A stretch of DNA of 64,000 nt, from positions 30-64,029 of the forward strand of contig JAJRSK010000042.1 of assembly GCA_024278835.1 (NCBI GenBank), in the 5' to 3' direction. Origin of the DNA: Campylobacterales bacterium (GTDB lineage: Bacteria; Campylobacterota; Campylobacteria; Campylobacterales; QNZT01). A program made the position numbers and the translations under genes. Below, one piece after another: positions 63,867 to 64,000 of the stretch (position 1 is the first letter of the stretch; each line of letters opens with the position of its first letter). The notes beneath the pieces were generated by a model that was not told the DNA's origin, searched no databases, and saw nothing but the letters and a program-made list of their open reading frames with translations.

Positions 63867-64000
63867 AAAAAGAGGAAATTTTAGAGGTAGAGGAGTCTGA
63901 ACGCATTCAGGTGCTCACTTCTATCTGGATGGTGCCTTTGATAGCCTTGCTAATCGCACTTTGGCTTGCGTGGCAATACTTTTCTCAGCTAGGGCCAAAA
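63863..64000 (+). CDS. pqiB: PqiB/MCE-family protein, 5' part (runs off the right edge)
   Basis: ATGA overlap with pqiA. MKKEEILEVEESERIQVLTSIWMVPLIALLIALWLAWQYF is the typical N-terminal anchor. Confidence 0.6.
   Translation, partial: MKKEEILEVEESERIQVLTSIWMVPLIALLIALWLAWQYFSQLGPK

Noticed and set aside
1-64000. tRNA, rRNA, tmRNA, integrase or prophage genes at island borders.
   Set aside because: All intergenic regions over about 60 nt were read. They include 20331-20498, 23290-23522, 40693-40826, 43185-43430, 46978-47134, 47396-47661 and 51573-51761. None has tRNA-like GC-rich cloverleaf segments or recombinase ORFs.

Overview
AT-rich, gene-dense chromosomal segment of about 60 CDSs. Gene content and organisation point to a Campylobacterota (epsilonproteobacterial) genome, possibly a sulfur-oxidiser-like lineage; this is inference only, nothing was searched.

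Gene order, left to right:
- tail of an IS30-type transposase
- envelope genes: a DUF1302-like barrel, an OMP-SPOR protein and a GH114 lipoprotein
- moaD-moaE-moeA
- an operon of membrane protein, winged-helix regulator, LolA-like protein, barrel and RND exporter
- a GGDEF-EAL protein
- an OmpR-type two-component system flanked by repeat-containing secreted proteins and a rhodanese lipoprotein
- a DUF937 gene and an AAA+ ATPase
- a 14-gene nuo (complex I) operon in which nuoE/nuoF are replaced and nuoG is tandemly duplicated
- a TPR protein
- a decayed YD-repeat lipoprotein toxin/immunity islet
- ilvE, an SPFH protein and hisIE
- a four-gene cluster of DUF11-type secreted proteins plus a 1498-aa barrel protein
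- an NIT-type MCP, a flavoprotein, yjdM, a split pqiA and the start of pqiB

No rRNA, tRNA, CRISPR or prophage was seen.

Main hunting results:
1. The palindrome TATCATGATA (consensus CTATCATGATAG) occurs at least 40 times. Most copies are inside unrelated genes and always in the two frames that avoid its internal TGA. It behaves like a HIP1-style highly iterated palindrome.
2. The DUF11/giant-barrel cluster looks like an uncharacterised surface-structure system.
3. 11-bp phased CTAACAC boxes sit at identical distances from a TATACT -10 at two promoters next to the two-component system, and similar boxes precede the DUF11 cluster.
4. The complex I electron-input module is non-canonical: a TusA-like protein plus a NuoF-remnant::GltD-like fusion, followed by two NuoG paralogues.
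5. A lipoprotein with YD repeats carries a lipase-like C-terminus and a G8 tract.
6. Four genes are broken by apparent single-base deletions in homopolymers, and nuoL has an in-frame TGA. These are either assembly errors or real decay.
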